Translations under genes and position numbers: made by a program
In this document: one piece after another, positions 23,908-36,622 of the stretch
How the letters are laid out: every line of letters starts with the position of its first letter
Numbering within the stretch: the stretch's first letter is position 1
The notes under the pieces: generated by a model
Database searches by the model: none
Told to the model about the DNA's origin: nothing
Seen by the model: only the letters and a program-made list of their open reading frames with translations
Assembly (NCBI GenBank): GCA_973895155.1
Contig: OZ316899.1
Location: 2,873,455 to 2,937,454, forward strand
Length of the DNA: 64,000 nt
Origin: Marsupella aquatica
Lineage: Eukaryota > Plantae > Marchantiophyta
Direction: 5' to 3'

Positions 23908-26900
23908 TGTTACAACCCATACCTAAACCTACCCTACCTAGGGTTAAACCCTACTACAGTTAGGCTAATCCCAACCGCCTAACTGCCTAGTCTCCATAGG
24001 AACTATATGTAATGGGGAGATAATGAATGAGTGATCTCTAGTTGTTGAACATCTTACAACACGTTATCAGCACGATGCTGGACTTGAATCAATTTTTTTA
24101 GGGATTACATTTTTCCATCCATTGCAAGACTTTTTTTTCCTCCATCATTGAGGGCAGGATTAAAGGCAGACGAAGGTGTAGTGGTGGCCAAAATCATCCC
24201 GTGAGACTGCATGTCAATGATCAAAGCGAATTGGATACGAAATCGGGCAATGAGATAAGAAACTCCAAATTTGCCAAATACAATTTGAAAATTTATTCCC
24301 AATTCCTTCAACTTCGCCAATTGAGTTTATCAATAAGAAATTATCCAAAAGAATGTCAACAAATTCCATGGAGAAACTTTTATTTCAACCACTCAGCATC
24401 GATGGCGCCAATTACTTGTCCTGGTTGCTTGATACGGAAGCTCATTTAACTTCAAAGAACCTATAGGATACTGTAATAACTGACAATGGCCTAACTCTCC
24501 AGCAAAAGGCGCAGGCATTGATATTAATCAGACACCATCTGAGCGACTCCTTGAAGCGGCAGTACATGAATGAATACAATCCAAGGATTCTCTAGGAAGA
24601 ACTCCAATCCCGCTTCGATCACACCCGCACCATATACCTGCCTGCAGCCAGACACGATTGGATCAATCTTAGAGTCCAAGACCGTAAGACGATTGCGGAC
24701 TACAACTACGAGTTATTCCGGATAGTATCACAATTGGCCATATGTGGCCACCCTGTAAATGATGAAGAACAGATTGAGAAAATGCTATCCACCCTCCACT
24801 CTACCAATCTCATCCTCTCCACGCAATACCGCAACATGCGATTCACCAAATACTCCGAATTGATCGCACATATGCTCCTAGCTGAGAAACATCAGCTATT
24901 GCTATTACAGAACTCCCCAAAACGACCTCCCGACACCCTCCCCCCAGCCACGAACACAAAATCTCATTACGTGACAACTCAAAGAGGAGAGGGATCATCT
25001 TACCGCGGCCAAGGCAGCTTCAGGGGGAGAAATACAAATAGAGGTCGGGGAGGTCCCCCCAGAGGACGCGGGGGCAGAAACAACTCTTTCAGAGGCAGAT
25101 CTAGGGGAAGATATCAAAACAATGGATACAACTTCAGAAACAATGGGCAAAGAGACAATTCTCAACCCCGATCGAGGATACCTCATCAGCAAAGCGCGCA
25201 AAGAGATAAATACGAAAACCCATCTATATGTTTTCGTTGCGGCACTAAGGGCCACATTCAAAAATTCTGTCGTGCCCCTATACACCTTGTACAATTAGAT
25301 AAGAAGAGCATTGAACAAAATGAACCCGAGACATATGGGACCTTCTTAGAATCCACTGATCTAATACCATCTATAAACATGACTATATCAAGCAACGCCT
25401 CTACCATAAAAGAAAATCTATCCCACTGCATAGTCGACAGCGGTACATCGCATTCCATCTTCAAGCATAAGGAATACTTTAAGCAAATAATACCATCACA
25501 AAGAAAACTAACAACTATTATGGGCCAGCATCAATTGGAAGAGGGATTTGGACCTGCAGTGGTCACCCTACCTGGCGGCACGCCCATCCAGGTGAAGTCT
25601 GCCATATATGCTCCAAAGGCAACCAGGAACTTACTGAGCTTCGGAGATATTCGTGCTAACAAGCTACACATCAAGACGGGCACCCAAGATGGACGGGAGG
25701 TCCTGTACATTACCTCGGGGGAACCACCAAACACAAAGACCAGAGAGATCCTACGTGCTTCACCCCCCGGTTGTTATACTACTAAAATCTACAGTGTCCA
25801 CATTGAAGCACCCCAAGGAACACTTACCGAGACCTGGCATAGGAGACTTGGCCACCCTGGAATGACAATGTTCCAGAAGCTCATCAGAGAAACCCAAGGT
25901 ATACCGGAGAAGGTACACCCCACGTCCATGAAAGCCACTTGTTTGGCTTGCTCACAGGGAAAGCTAATAATCCGGCCCTTGCCACCAAAAACTGAACATC
26001 AAATCCCACATTTCCTGGAACGCATACATGCTGATGTATGCGGACCAATCGATCCTCCTAGTGGCCCATTCCGATTTTTTCTGGCAGTCATAGACGCATC
26101 CACAAAATGGAATCAAATATCTTTATTATCCACAAGAAACCTAGTATTCTCCAGACTCCTCGCCCACATACTAAAACTGAGAGCTCAATTCCTTGAAAAC
26201 CAAATTAGAACACTGAGAGTAGATAACGCTGGTGAATTTACCTCTAAGACGTTCAAAGATTTTTGCCATGCCACAGGCATCAATGTTCAGTACCCAGTAC
26301 CCCATGTCCATTTTCAAAATGGAATAGCCAAATCCCTGATCAAGCGACTACAGCTCATTGCCAGACCCCTGCTAATGCAGACGAACTTACCAACAGCTGC
26401 TTGGGGCCACGCCATCCTCCACTCTGCTGCCCTACTAAGTTACAGACCATCATCATTTAACTCAACTACCCCTTACCACTTAGCATTTGGGAGCATGCCA
26501 AATGTCTCCCACCTGAGAACGTTTGGCTGCAAAGTCATGGTACCCATCTTGGGACCCAAGAGAACCAAAATGGGACCGCAAAGACATGCAGGTATATACA
26601 TCAGTTTTGACTCAACTTCCATAATCCGATATATGGAGCCTACTACATCTGATGTATTCAAAGCACGTTTTGCAGATTGCCACTTTTATGAAGAGATCTT
26701 TCCCAGTTTACAAACGAAACAACAACTCGACACAAAGAAGAAGACTCACCTTACTTGGCAAATTGATGCTGAATTCTGGAATGACCCACGGGACAACCAC
26801 GCAGACACCGAAGTACAATGGATCCTCCACTTGACCAGGATGGTAGAACACCTACCCGACTCCTTTACAAATGCCGCCCAAGTAACCCGCTCCCACATCC

Positions 26901-29818
26901 CAGCAGCAAATGCCCCATCAAGAATCCAAATGGAGACCCCACCAGCATCAGCCACTGCACCGAAAGCAAAGAGAGGCCGCCCACTGGGATCTGCAGATAG
27001 GCAGCCAAGACAGCGCAAAACCACCCCAACATCTGCACCAAATACATTGATCAGAGACCAAACCCCAATCCAACCAAATGTACCAGAAGATAATGCAGAG
27101 ATATCAATCAACTATGGAAGAACTGGACATATATGGGACAGAGACCATACCACGATAGACGAACACTTTGCCTTCCACATAGCACAGCAAATCAAAGAGG
27201 AACTGCCAGATCCACAAACAATTAAAGAAGCTGAGGCCCAACCTGATTGGCCTGAATGGGAACAGGCCATTCATTTAGAACTGGACTCACTGATAGCCCG
27301 CCAGGTATTTGGACCAATTACAATAGCAGAACCTGTGGTGCATCTCACAGGCTATAAATGGACACTGGTCAAGAAAAGGAATGCGAAAGGCGAAGTAACC
27401 AGACACAAGGCAAGATTGGTGGCCAAAGGATTTACACAAGTCCCCGGCAGGGACTACGATTTAACATACTCGCCGGTAATGGGTGTCATCACTTACCGGT
27501 ACCTTATTACATTTTCACAACGCCACAATTTATCCATGCACCAAATGGACATTGTAACCGCGTACCTATATGGACACTTAGACAAAGTCATATACATGGA
27601 AGCTCCACCAGAACTGGTGAAACGAGTTGAGTATCACAGCAAAGGGAAACAAACACATAAAGCTGGGTCCCAAAACCAGGCAGAAACATTCGAACATACA
27701 AATTTGGCGATACTCCACAAGACTGCAGCAAAGATTGCACTAACAGATCCTACCCAACATCAAAGGGACACCACCCGAAGAACTCGATTTGCAGTACAGG
27801 TGTTAAGATCCCTATATGGCCTCAAGCAAAGTGGCCTCACATGGTACAAACGTTTTAAGTCAGAAATGCTGGCAATGGGATTTACAAATGCCGACATTGC
27901 ACCCTGCTTATTTCTGAAACGGGAAAACAGAGAATTCATTATAGTAGCCATCTACGTGACGACCTGAACCTGTTTGGAACAAGAAAAATTATGGCTGAAA
28001 CTATAATACTCTTAAAACAGGCTTTCGAGATGCGCGACCTAGGGCAGACTTCTTTCTGCCTAGGACTACAATTTGAGCACCTGCACAATGGCATTTTCCT
28101 GCATCAGTCCACTACATCAAGAAAATTTTGAAGCAATTCAACATGGACAAAGCCACTGCAGTCAGATCCCCCATGGACATCCGCTCACTTGACAAAGAAA
28201 AAGATATCTTCCGGAAGAGAAATGAAATGGAGCCACTGCTTGGCCCAGAGAAGCCATACCTATCTGCCATAGGTGTCCTGATGTTCCTTTCAAACCAGAC
28301 AAGGCCTGATATCACCTTTGCAGTCAATCTATTGGCTTGCCATAGTGCCAAGCCAACCATTCGGCATTGGAATGGGATAAAGCGCATTTTCCGCTACCTT
28401 GTGGGTACCAAGGATTTGGGACTATTTTACCCATCCAAAACTAATTATTCACTTATAGGATATGCTGATGCAGGTTACCTCTCAGACCCGAAGGACGCGA
28501 AGTCCCAGACCGGCTACGTCTTCTTGATGGGCCAGACCGCAATCTCATGGCGAAGTTGCAAGCAGACACTAACAACTACATTGTCAAATCACTCGGAAAT
28601 TATAGCTCTCTATGAATCAAGCAGGGAGTGCATTTGGCTACGCAACATCATCAATCACATCCATGAAAACACGGGCATACCTACATTGTCAACACCAACA
28701 GAAAATTCACAAAGATAACAGAGCCTGCGTTGAACAAATTCAAGCAGGCTTTATCAAGGGAGATCAAACCAAACACATTGCCCCCAAGTTTTTCTTTACG
28801 CATGAACAACAAGGAAATAGCATCGCAGTTAAATGGATACAAAGCTCCCAAAACATTGCAGATTTGTTTACAAAATCACTTCCCCCTGTACTACACAGAC
28901 AACATACATTCTCTATAGGATTGCGCAACTTAGCTGCATTGCAGGACTAACACTTTTTGGATTGCTTCCGACCTACTTGTCTTCTGCCCAGGGGGAGAAT
29001 AAAAGTGAATCTCACAACTACACAACGATGCGTGAAGGAGCGACCAGAAAATACCACATCAAGGGGGAGCAGAACGCACACAACACACTTCCACGCCAAT
29101 GAAGCAGAAAGAATCCAACATTACCACAACTCGTTTAATGCGCAAGTGCTCCGATCACGAACCACCAAAGAGAAACGCCTGACATCACCAAGAACGACGA
29201 TCCCAAAAGGCAGCAACGCATAACCTGACAACATCAAACACAGCAACAAAAACAGCCCGAACATCGAACTCCACCTCGAACACTCTTGATCAAACGCATA
29301 GTTCTACTGCCCTAAACGCAAACTATGACTAATTTTGAACCCGTAGCGCGTAGAGGACTTACACGCAAATTACAGTAAAACCTTACTGTATAAGGCTACT
29401 GACCAATTGATATGGATACAAAGTCTAAAAGACAACCCGCTTAATTCTTTTTTAACAGACCATCATAACTTTACATTAACATATAGCTTGGAAAAAATGG
29501 TAACACTCTTTCCCCCTACAAGAAAGGAGAGGGGGTTTTAATGAGGTTACATTTTCACTCCTAACTATCAACCTTTCAAAGACTAGGACATATTACACAT
29601 TAGAGTAGGTTCTTCTTAGATGGTTGCAACATTACCCCGGGTCATGTTACACCCAAGGGGGAGTGTTACAACCCATACCTAAACCTACCCTACCTAGGGT
29701 TAAACCCTACTACAGTTAGGCTAATCCCAACCGCCTAACTGCCTAGTCTCCATAGGAACTATATGTAATGGGGAGATAATGAATGAAGTGATCTCTAGTT
29801 GTTGAACATCTTACAACA
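23908..29818 (+). mobile_element. Ty1/copia LTR retrotransposon, Bianca-like
   Basis: LTRs 23908-24061 and 29664-29818 are identical except for one extra A. PBS CGTTATCAGCACG; PPT AAGGGGGAG; flanks GAACA/TAACA. Integrase DASTKWNQISLLSTRN and KRLQLIARPLL are typical of Bianca. Confidence 0.93.
24353..28950 (+). pseudogene. Copia gag-pol (gag, PR, GAG-pre-IN, IN, RT, RH), disrupted
   Basis: DGANYLSW, CFRCGTKGHIQKFC, IVDSGTSH, WHRRLGHP...CLAC, LRVDNAGEF, YGLKQSG, IGYADAGY, KHIAPKFFF. Stops at ~24464 and ~24594. 1-bp deletion in YVDD (~27955). Frameshifts near 28120 and 28700. Confidence 0.9.
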
Positions 29819-32800
29819 TAACACAATATATAAGCTAATTGCCAAGATCCTGGCACTTAGGCTAATATGGATCCTGCCACGGCTCATCAGCCCGCAACAA
29901 ACCGGATTCATTCCAGGAAGAAATATACTTGAAAACATCTCCCTGGCATGGCTTATGTTCGACTAGGCAAAGAACCGGCGAGTTGAAGCGCTTTTTCTTA
30001 AGCTGGACTTCGAGAAGGCTTTTGATAGGGTGGAATAGAGCTACATATGGGAAACCATGCATCTGCTAGGAATAAGTGGATAATTTCATCAGACTTGTGC
30101 AGGCGCTACTGATGCAGGCATCCTCGAGGGTCTACGTGAATGGGATGATCTCTACATAAATTAGCATGTACCGGGGGGTAAGGCAGGGTTGCCCTCTCTT
30201 GCCACTTCTGTTTGTCATTTCAACGCAACCCTTAATGGACTTTATGGATGCTGAGATTAAGGCAGGTAGGTTAGATGGAATTCAGGTCTCCAGTCAACTT
30301 ACCATTTGTTATAGATTCTTTGCGGATGACATGGGGATGTTTATTCCTGCAACTGAGAGAAGTTTTCAGCGTGTAATGAAGGTGATTCAGTGCTATGAGG
30401 GGGCCACTGGTGCTCGGCTTAATCTGCGTAAATCAATTGTGATACCGCTGGCGATGTTGATTATTCCGGAGTGGCTGAGAAACACAGGGTGTGTGATTAG
30501 TGCTCAGGGGGAGCTTCAAAAGTATCTTGGGGCACCATTGGGTGTGGACCTGAAGACAGAACAGTTACATAGCTTTTGCTTGGATAAGATTGGGAAGAGA
30601 TTATCTTCTTGGTCCAACAAGATGCTTACTTTCACGGGGCGTACGCTTCTGGTCAGGCATATCTTACTTGCGATACCAATTTACCATACTATGTTCATGA
30701 AAGCATCAACGAGCCTGGCACGGAAGTTGACAGCTTTGTGCAAGGACTTTTTGTGGGGGCATAACAAGGAAGGGGGGAGAAGAGTGCCACTGGTCTCCTG
30801 GGCTTGGATCTCTAGATGGGGGATTAGGTTTCAAGGACTTTTGTAGCCACTTGGATGCACTGCTTTCAAAGTGGTTTACTGGTGCTATTGATCACCCCGA
30901 CTCAGAATGGGCCAGGATGTTTGCGGAAAACCTGAACCTTATTGGATGGGCCAATTATAAAGTGTTGAGAAGAAATGGCTACACCTTTCACGACAAGTTG
31001 CTGCTTTGCTGCCCAAGTGCATGGTATGGACTGGCATATACAGGAGGACTCTGGAAAGCCTGGGAGCTGTTGAGAGCACATCTGATTTTCTGTCCCATTG
31101 ATACAATACCAGGGAGATGGTCTATTGGGGATTTGCTTCGTTGCACCAAGGGATCCCAGTCGTGGAGTGGAGAAGAGATGACAGCGATGACGGTACTTTG
31201 TGGCAGATTAGGCCTCCAAAGAATCCAGGATCTTTGGTCGGAAGATGAGAACGGATGGAGAGGGATGACTGAGAGATGGGTGCATCTACGGGGCTTCACT
31301 GGTGATCATCTTACATTGGGTCTGAGATTTATGACGATGCTGACAAGTATTTCACAATGCGAATGGGGATTTGAACCTGGACCTGGCTACTGGTGCTAGA
31401 CGGACAATGCAACACCATTGAGAATATTCAAAATTTTGAATAAAAGAGCATACACGCTTCTCAGGCCTGAGGTGGGTGACTCCGAGAGTCTGAACAAAAT
31501 GTGGGGGATTGTGAAGACAGAGGATGAATGGAGTATTGGATGGGCTGGGATATGGGGCTCTAACTTATCAATGCGTGCCAAGATATTTCTCTGGCGGATT
31601 GTGGCGTTGGGACTTTTCACTGGGGTGAGGGCGGTGAGGATTGGCAAGGGCAATGGGGAGTGCAAGATGTGCCTTGGAATCTCTGAATCCATTCCTCACC
31701 AGTTCACTGGGTGCCTGCACGCACAGAAATGTTGGCTCCTTTGTGTTCAGTGCCTTGGACCGAGGCATCTTTGCAGACTTTAATGCTAGACTGATTGGGA
31801 TGATTGACTCGGCTCTTGGTAAAGAGCATCTGAAGATAATCAAGCTGTTTGTATTATACCAGATATTGTGGGCACTTTGGCTGGGCCGCAATGAGCACAT
31901 GTTTCAGAACAATGGAGTACGCAAATTTGATATGAGGTTTATTTTATCCGAGGCAGCAGATCATGTTGCTGCGGTAGGGCTGACTCTACCTATGTGTAAT
32001 AGACGGACCAGATTGCTGAGAGTGAAAGAAGTTATAAATAGGGAGAGGATTGTCTGGATGCAACGTAGGGATTGTTGGATTACATCCCGTTAGCACTGTT
32101 GTGGCCTTCAATGGCATAGATATGATTTTGGTTCTGTTAGGGGGACGCTTAAAGGTCTGAGGCAGTAAGGTGTTTGTTGGGTGCTTCTGAAGTATGAATG
32201 TTTGTAAATTGGTGATCATGGCATACTTGTCATGTCTCTGTTTTGGTTGGCTGGTTACCTACTGTGTTGGTTTCTGGGCTGTGTCTTCTGGCTTCCTCCT
32301 CCATGGGGTTTTTGTGGCCAAATTTTATAAAATTAAAAGCAAAAATGTTTAAAGGAAAGCTTGTCCCAAGCTTGTCCCAACACCAGAATGGCCCCGACTC
32401 TAGCAAACAACTCCTGATTTGCCTCACTAATGGTCTAGGGGCCAAACACTCTTGGAACTCAACCTCCACACCTACTCGGCCTTGCCTCCCCAACGCAAGC
32501 TCCCTTGGGAGACTGAACGCGGCTTGGCTGCTGTTCGGCAAGATTTGGCAAGCGTTCGAGTAAACACCCGCAAACCCCAAGAACCATGGTGCCCCCATAC
32601 CCAGATGATCTCAGGAGGGCGTAGCCCTTGTTGAGAGCTTTCCAACATACCCAAGACGTCCTCCAATGGACTTCCCGTTGGGAAGATATCGTCGTTTCCG
32701 TTTGGCGGTTTCCTTTAGTGTCGCGACCGCCGCGACTCACGACTTTGGCTCGCCCTTAGCCCCAAGGGAGACACCACTCCCCTCATATATGCTTCTGGAG

Positions 32801-33982
32801 ACCTGCCACCCCCGGACCAGATTTGGTCCCTAAACATTTGGCCCCCAACCCGGAACCTATCGCGCATAATGGACGCGCCACCAACTGCAACGCCCATAAC
32901 TTTCTTGTTAGGCCACCGCAAGCGGAGTGCCTTAGCCCGTTGTGATCGGGCCGACCCAGTGCTCATGCCTAGGTCCTCAGGTCTCATCGCCGCTTGGGAC
33001 CCCCGATCGGCCCAACCCGGATCGGGCCATAACTTGCACCCCAAGCGTTCGTTGCCCATGGCGTCAACTCCATTGGCCTTGGGCCCAAGAGGAGCTCACA
33101 CTCAAGCCCTCAGAACTCAAAGTCCATCTGGAGGTCTGGACGGTCGTCCTTGAGCCCGACCCATTTCTCCTTGACCCGACCAGCTCTCAGCTAGTCCAAG
33201 TCCTTAGTGTGTGTCACCAGCTTGGCTCCTTGCCTTCGCTAGCGCCACGTCTCGTTGCCCACAAGTCTCCCCATGCTAAGTCCTCCCCGGATGGCCTATC
33301 TAGGCCTGGACCATAAGAGAGCTCGGCGTCGGAGTCAGCGACGCCGGAGCTAAGTGTTAAGGTAGTCGAGTTTCGCAACTCAAACACATAGAAAAACACA
33401 ATCAAAATATCTCCACCCAAAAAATCACCAAAAACTAAAAGTTGGCAAAAGTGGAAATGGAATGCACCGCTGCGTAGCCTGCAAGGTACACTGCCAAGAT
33501 TTTGGCAAAAAACTCTTCCAGCAAAAACTTATTCAACCTGGACCGAAGGGTGGTCAAAATGGTTGTTTTGACCCCCGTCGGGTATCTTAGGTCCCAAATG
33601 TTTTTGCAATAGCAATACACAAATCAATTTCACTAGCCTGTGCTCAACTCCCTTGAGCACCCCCTTGCAAGATCTTGCAAAAACATTCTGTCTTGACAAC
33701 TGCTGAATTTGGAAATTTTGGCCAAAACTCAACTCTTTGGAAAAGTATCTTTTGGAGGGGATCAAAGTACAGTCAAATTTTACAGCAGAAGGCACCCAAT
33801 GATGACACCTGTCCAGCTCAAAAGAAAAACTTTGCACAAAGGAAAAGAAACAAGAAAAATGTCTAAAAGAAAAACATCCGGAAGGCTTAAGGCAACGATC
33901 GCACCATACCCCTTCTAATTTTTCTTAAACACTTCGTGACCCTTATGCCCTTTTGCCATGTGTTGCCCTCCACTCATACGTT

Positions 33983-34391
33983 GTACTTACCAGGCTCCCC
34001 TTAGTACATACCGCAAAGCTCCAACCAATCTTGGAGTACTTAAGTACTCAAGAGCTGCATTAATGCTATACCATGTGGTACAACAGGTACCTCCTTAAAT
34101 TCCCCAAAGGAATGGGAGCACATAGGCTCCTTTCCCTCTCCTGGCCTTTGTACCTTGTATCCAAATTATTGCAGGAGTACCTTGTACAGGCCTTGACCGT
34201 GGATTCAATGCTCCCCAAAAAAGATGGGAGCAAGTACGCTCCCTCCTCTCACTTGTACTTTGTACCTTCAGCTTTATGAGCCCTGTACCTTGTACCAAGC
34301 GGTACAGCAGGTACCACAAGCCTTTGCCCTCTTAAATGCCTAGTACCATCTTGCAGTACAACACTTGTACCGGGGTAACAGTCCTTTGTAC
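33983..34391. repeat. GTAC-dense degenerate repeat
   Basis: 20 GTAC tetramers counted in ~410 bp, often as TTGTACC or AGGTACC. Confidence 0.7.
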
Positions 34392-35864
34392 CACCCCTGC
34401 CACACAAACACAGTTGTATTTGCGTGTGCCTATACGCTGTATAACAGATCCGTATGCACCGCTGCAAATTAGCCTAAATAAGTGGATCTTATCCTAAACT
34501 AACCAAGGGCCAACTAACCCTAGGAAGGCCAAACAAATAGAAGCCGGGAATTGAGAGTGAATTCCTAACAAAAACCGTATCATAATCAGAAGACGTAAGA
34601 ACGTTTTCCATCCAATAGTTGTGAATCTCTTGCACCTTCCAGTATGACTTCCCCTCCTCCCTCTTTCACTTGGAGGAAGGCCGCCTATTTTGGCGTTGTA
34701 GCGGTGGACCTCTAGAATCCTTTTCCCTTTAGGAGCAGCTTGACCATTGTTCCATGCCATTATTGTCTATACCAGAAAACCAATGTCATTCAACTTACTT
34801 CCTGGCCAAGTTTTCTACAAAATCAAGCTGGTAAGTCTACAAGATATACAAAACCGATCCTCGATTGAGATGTCACAAAAGAGTTCCACAATGACCATGG
34901 AAAGTAATTCTCAAGACCTCAAAGCATCACAAAAGGTGGAACGAAACTTACAGAGGACAAAAAGCGAGGCGGCGACCTCGAATTAGTGGAGTAGAGCAAA
35001 TAAACTTTTGGGGGAGATGATCACGAATCAACCTTTGTGTCACTAGTACAACTAACGAGTCCTGGTCAAGGATCAAGAATGAAATAGATGCAAGAAATGG
35101 AGCACGAACAAAGCCTCTGCAATGCCGCAATCAAAGTTGAAGACGAGAACGCTTGGAGTCACGCGGAGAGGCTGGAGCAGACAAGCTCGAGTCTCAGAAC
35201 GACCGAAAAGGGAGGAATGGAGAGGAGGCCGAACATCCGACTGAGATACAGGGGCAGGTCGGCACATCAGATCCTACCCAACGGTTTCTGGTTCCTGCAT
35301 TTTCATGTGAGGACAATGACTTTCACACTCCACATTTCAGGTACAGGGAGCTTGGATTCTCAAATAGGATGCGCTCCCGTGACTTTCGCATTGAAGGCGT
35401 CTGCATCCGTTAGTCCCAGTCCCTGTTCCCGTCATATCTGCCTCTGATCATCCCAGTCCGCACGCCATTGTTCGTGGTAGAATGATGGGCTGCAATGTTC
35501 CTTGGATTTCGATGTTGAAAAGAGGGTACAGGTCTTGAATTATTATACGAATCCTTGGTTCACATATGATGCTCATTTGTGGCCTTCTAGTGAATCCAAT
35601 AAGTCACATCCACAAATGTACCTTTCAGGTTTGGTTTTTTTAATCCATTGAGCACTGAAAGGTATGTTTTGCAAAAGCTTGTTTTAGGCTAGCGAGGGTC
35701 ATTTCATGCTAGCAAGACAGTATTCATGAGATATTTTGGGTTATGCGATGAGAAAATGTGCTCCTGCGAGTATTTTTTTACTGTTTCCGTGCACATTACA
35801 ATGACCGAGAGCAACTCAACTTTTGCTGGATCTAATAGATCGTCTGTTGGGTTCATGCAAGCCA

Positions 35865-36186
35865 TCATGGAGATCCTTACCTTTTCACTCAGAATTTCCA
35901 CTAAAAATCTGTTGCTAGCAAGGTATTAAAATTAGATGTCACATAGTATGGGTCCAAGTATCAAGCTAACATTAATAACCTGCAACTTGTGGAACTATAA
36001 GGGAATCTAGCTTTCCAGAATACCAATGCCATTCATGGAGATCCTTACCTTTTCAGAATTTCCACTAAAAATCTGTTTGCTAGCAAGGTATTAGAATTAG
36101 ATGTCACATAGTATGGGTCCAAGTATCAAGCTAACCTTAATAACCTGTAACTTCTGGAACTATAAGGGAATCTAGCTTTCCAGAAT
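35865..36186. repeat. Tandem duplication of ~155 bp downstream of CBP60
   Basis: 35865-36021 and 36033-36186 both run TCATGGAGATCCTTACC...CTTTCCAGAAT, with few differences. Confidence 0.9.
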
Positions 36187-36622
36187 CAAAGCATGCATAT
36201 TATCAAACATCCGTATGTTTGGGTGTATGATTATGGCTGTCATCAGAAGGGGTTGAGATAAATTGTGGATGACAATTTAATCAAAGCAGAGTTTGAAGTA
36301 AACACTTGAAGCCAATCGAATATAGAAGTTCAAGTGTGATCATCACGCTTCACAAAGAAAACAAAAATCTGACTCAAAATGACGCTAGTAAAGGTAAAGT
36401 TACAAAGCAGTGTAACACTTCGGATCATTAACCTACAAGATCTCGGTCTTATACAGGGATAGTAGAGAAACCCATATGTCCTACGCTGCCATCCCAGCAT
36501 CCTCGTGCCGGTGGATCCCCTTCTTGATTCATTAAGCTAATCCCACAACCTAATAATAAGAAATATAGAAACCCGGATTCCTGTTTAGAGGAAAGTTCCA
36601 TACAAAGAGTATTGCCCAAAAG

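Larger units (their letters stand above)
22273..32093 (+). pseudogene. LINE-2 ORF2 (22273-23907 and 29824-32093), disrupted
   Basis: APE endonuclease, RT and zf-RVT motifs as listed for the element. Multiple premature stops. Confidence 0.85.
19190..32350 (+). mobile_element. Near-full-length L1-type LINE (ORF1 + APE-RT ORF2), interrupted by a copia element
   Basis: ORF1 carries the CFRCNKKGHLAREC knuckle (~21245). ORF2 starts MLRVVSWNVRGL at 22273 and has ICGNFN, SLLDRFY, SDHDPI, KAPGPDG, WRPLTMLN|TIYKLIAK across the copia, FADD (30319) and zf-RVT CKMC...H. A-rich end at ~32330-32350. No clear TSD; 5' boundary approximate. Confidence 0.88.
18765..33377 (-). repeat. ~1.5-kb repeat module split by LINE-2 (18765-19185 plus 32356-33377); inverted copy at 46594-48071
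   Basis: Reverse complement of 18765-19185 matches ~47640-48071; reverse complement of 32356-33377 matches 46594-~47612. The two halves are colinear, with ~40 bp lost at the LINE site. Confidence 0.85.

Noticed and set aside
34494-35447. Short ORFs between the GTAC repeat and the CBP60 3' end
   Set aside because: No recognisable domain or splice-consistent model; possibly a decayed TE.
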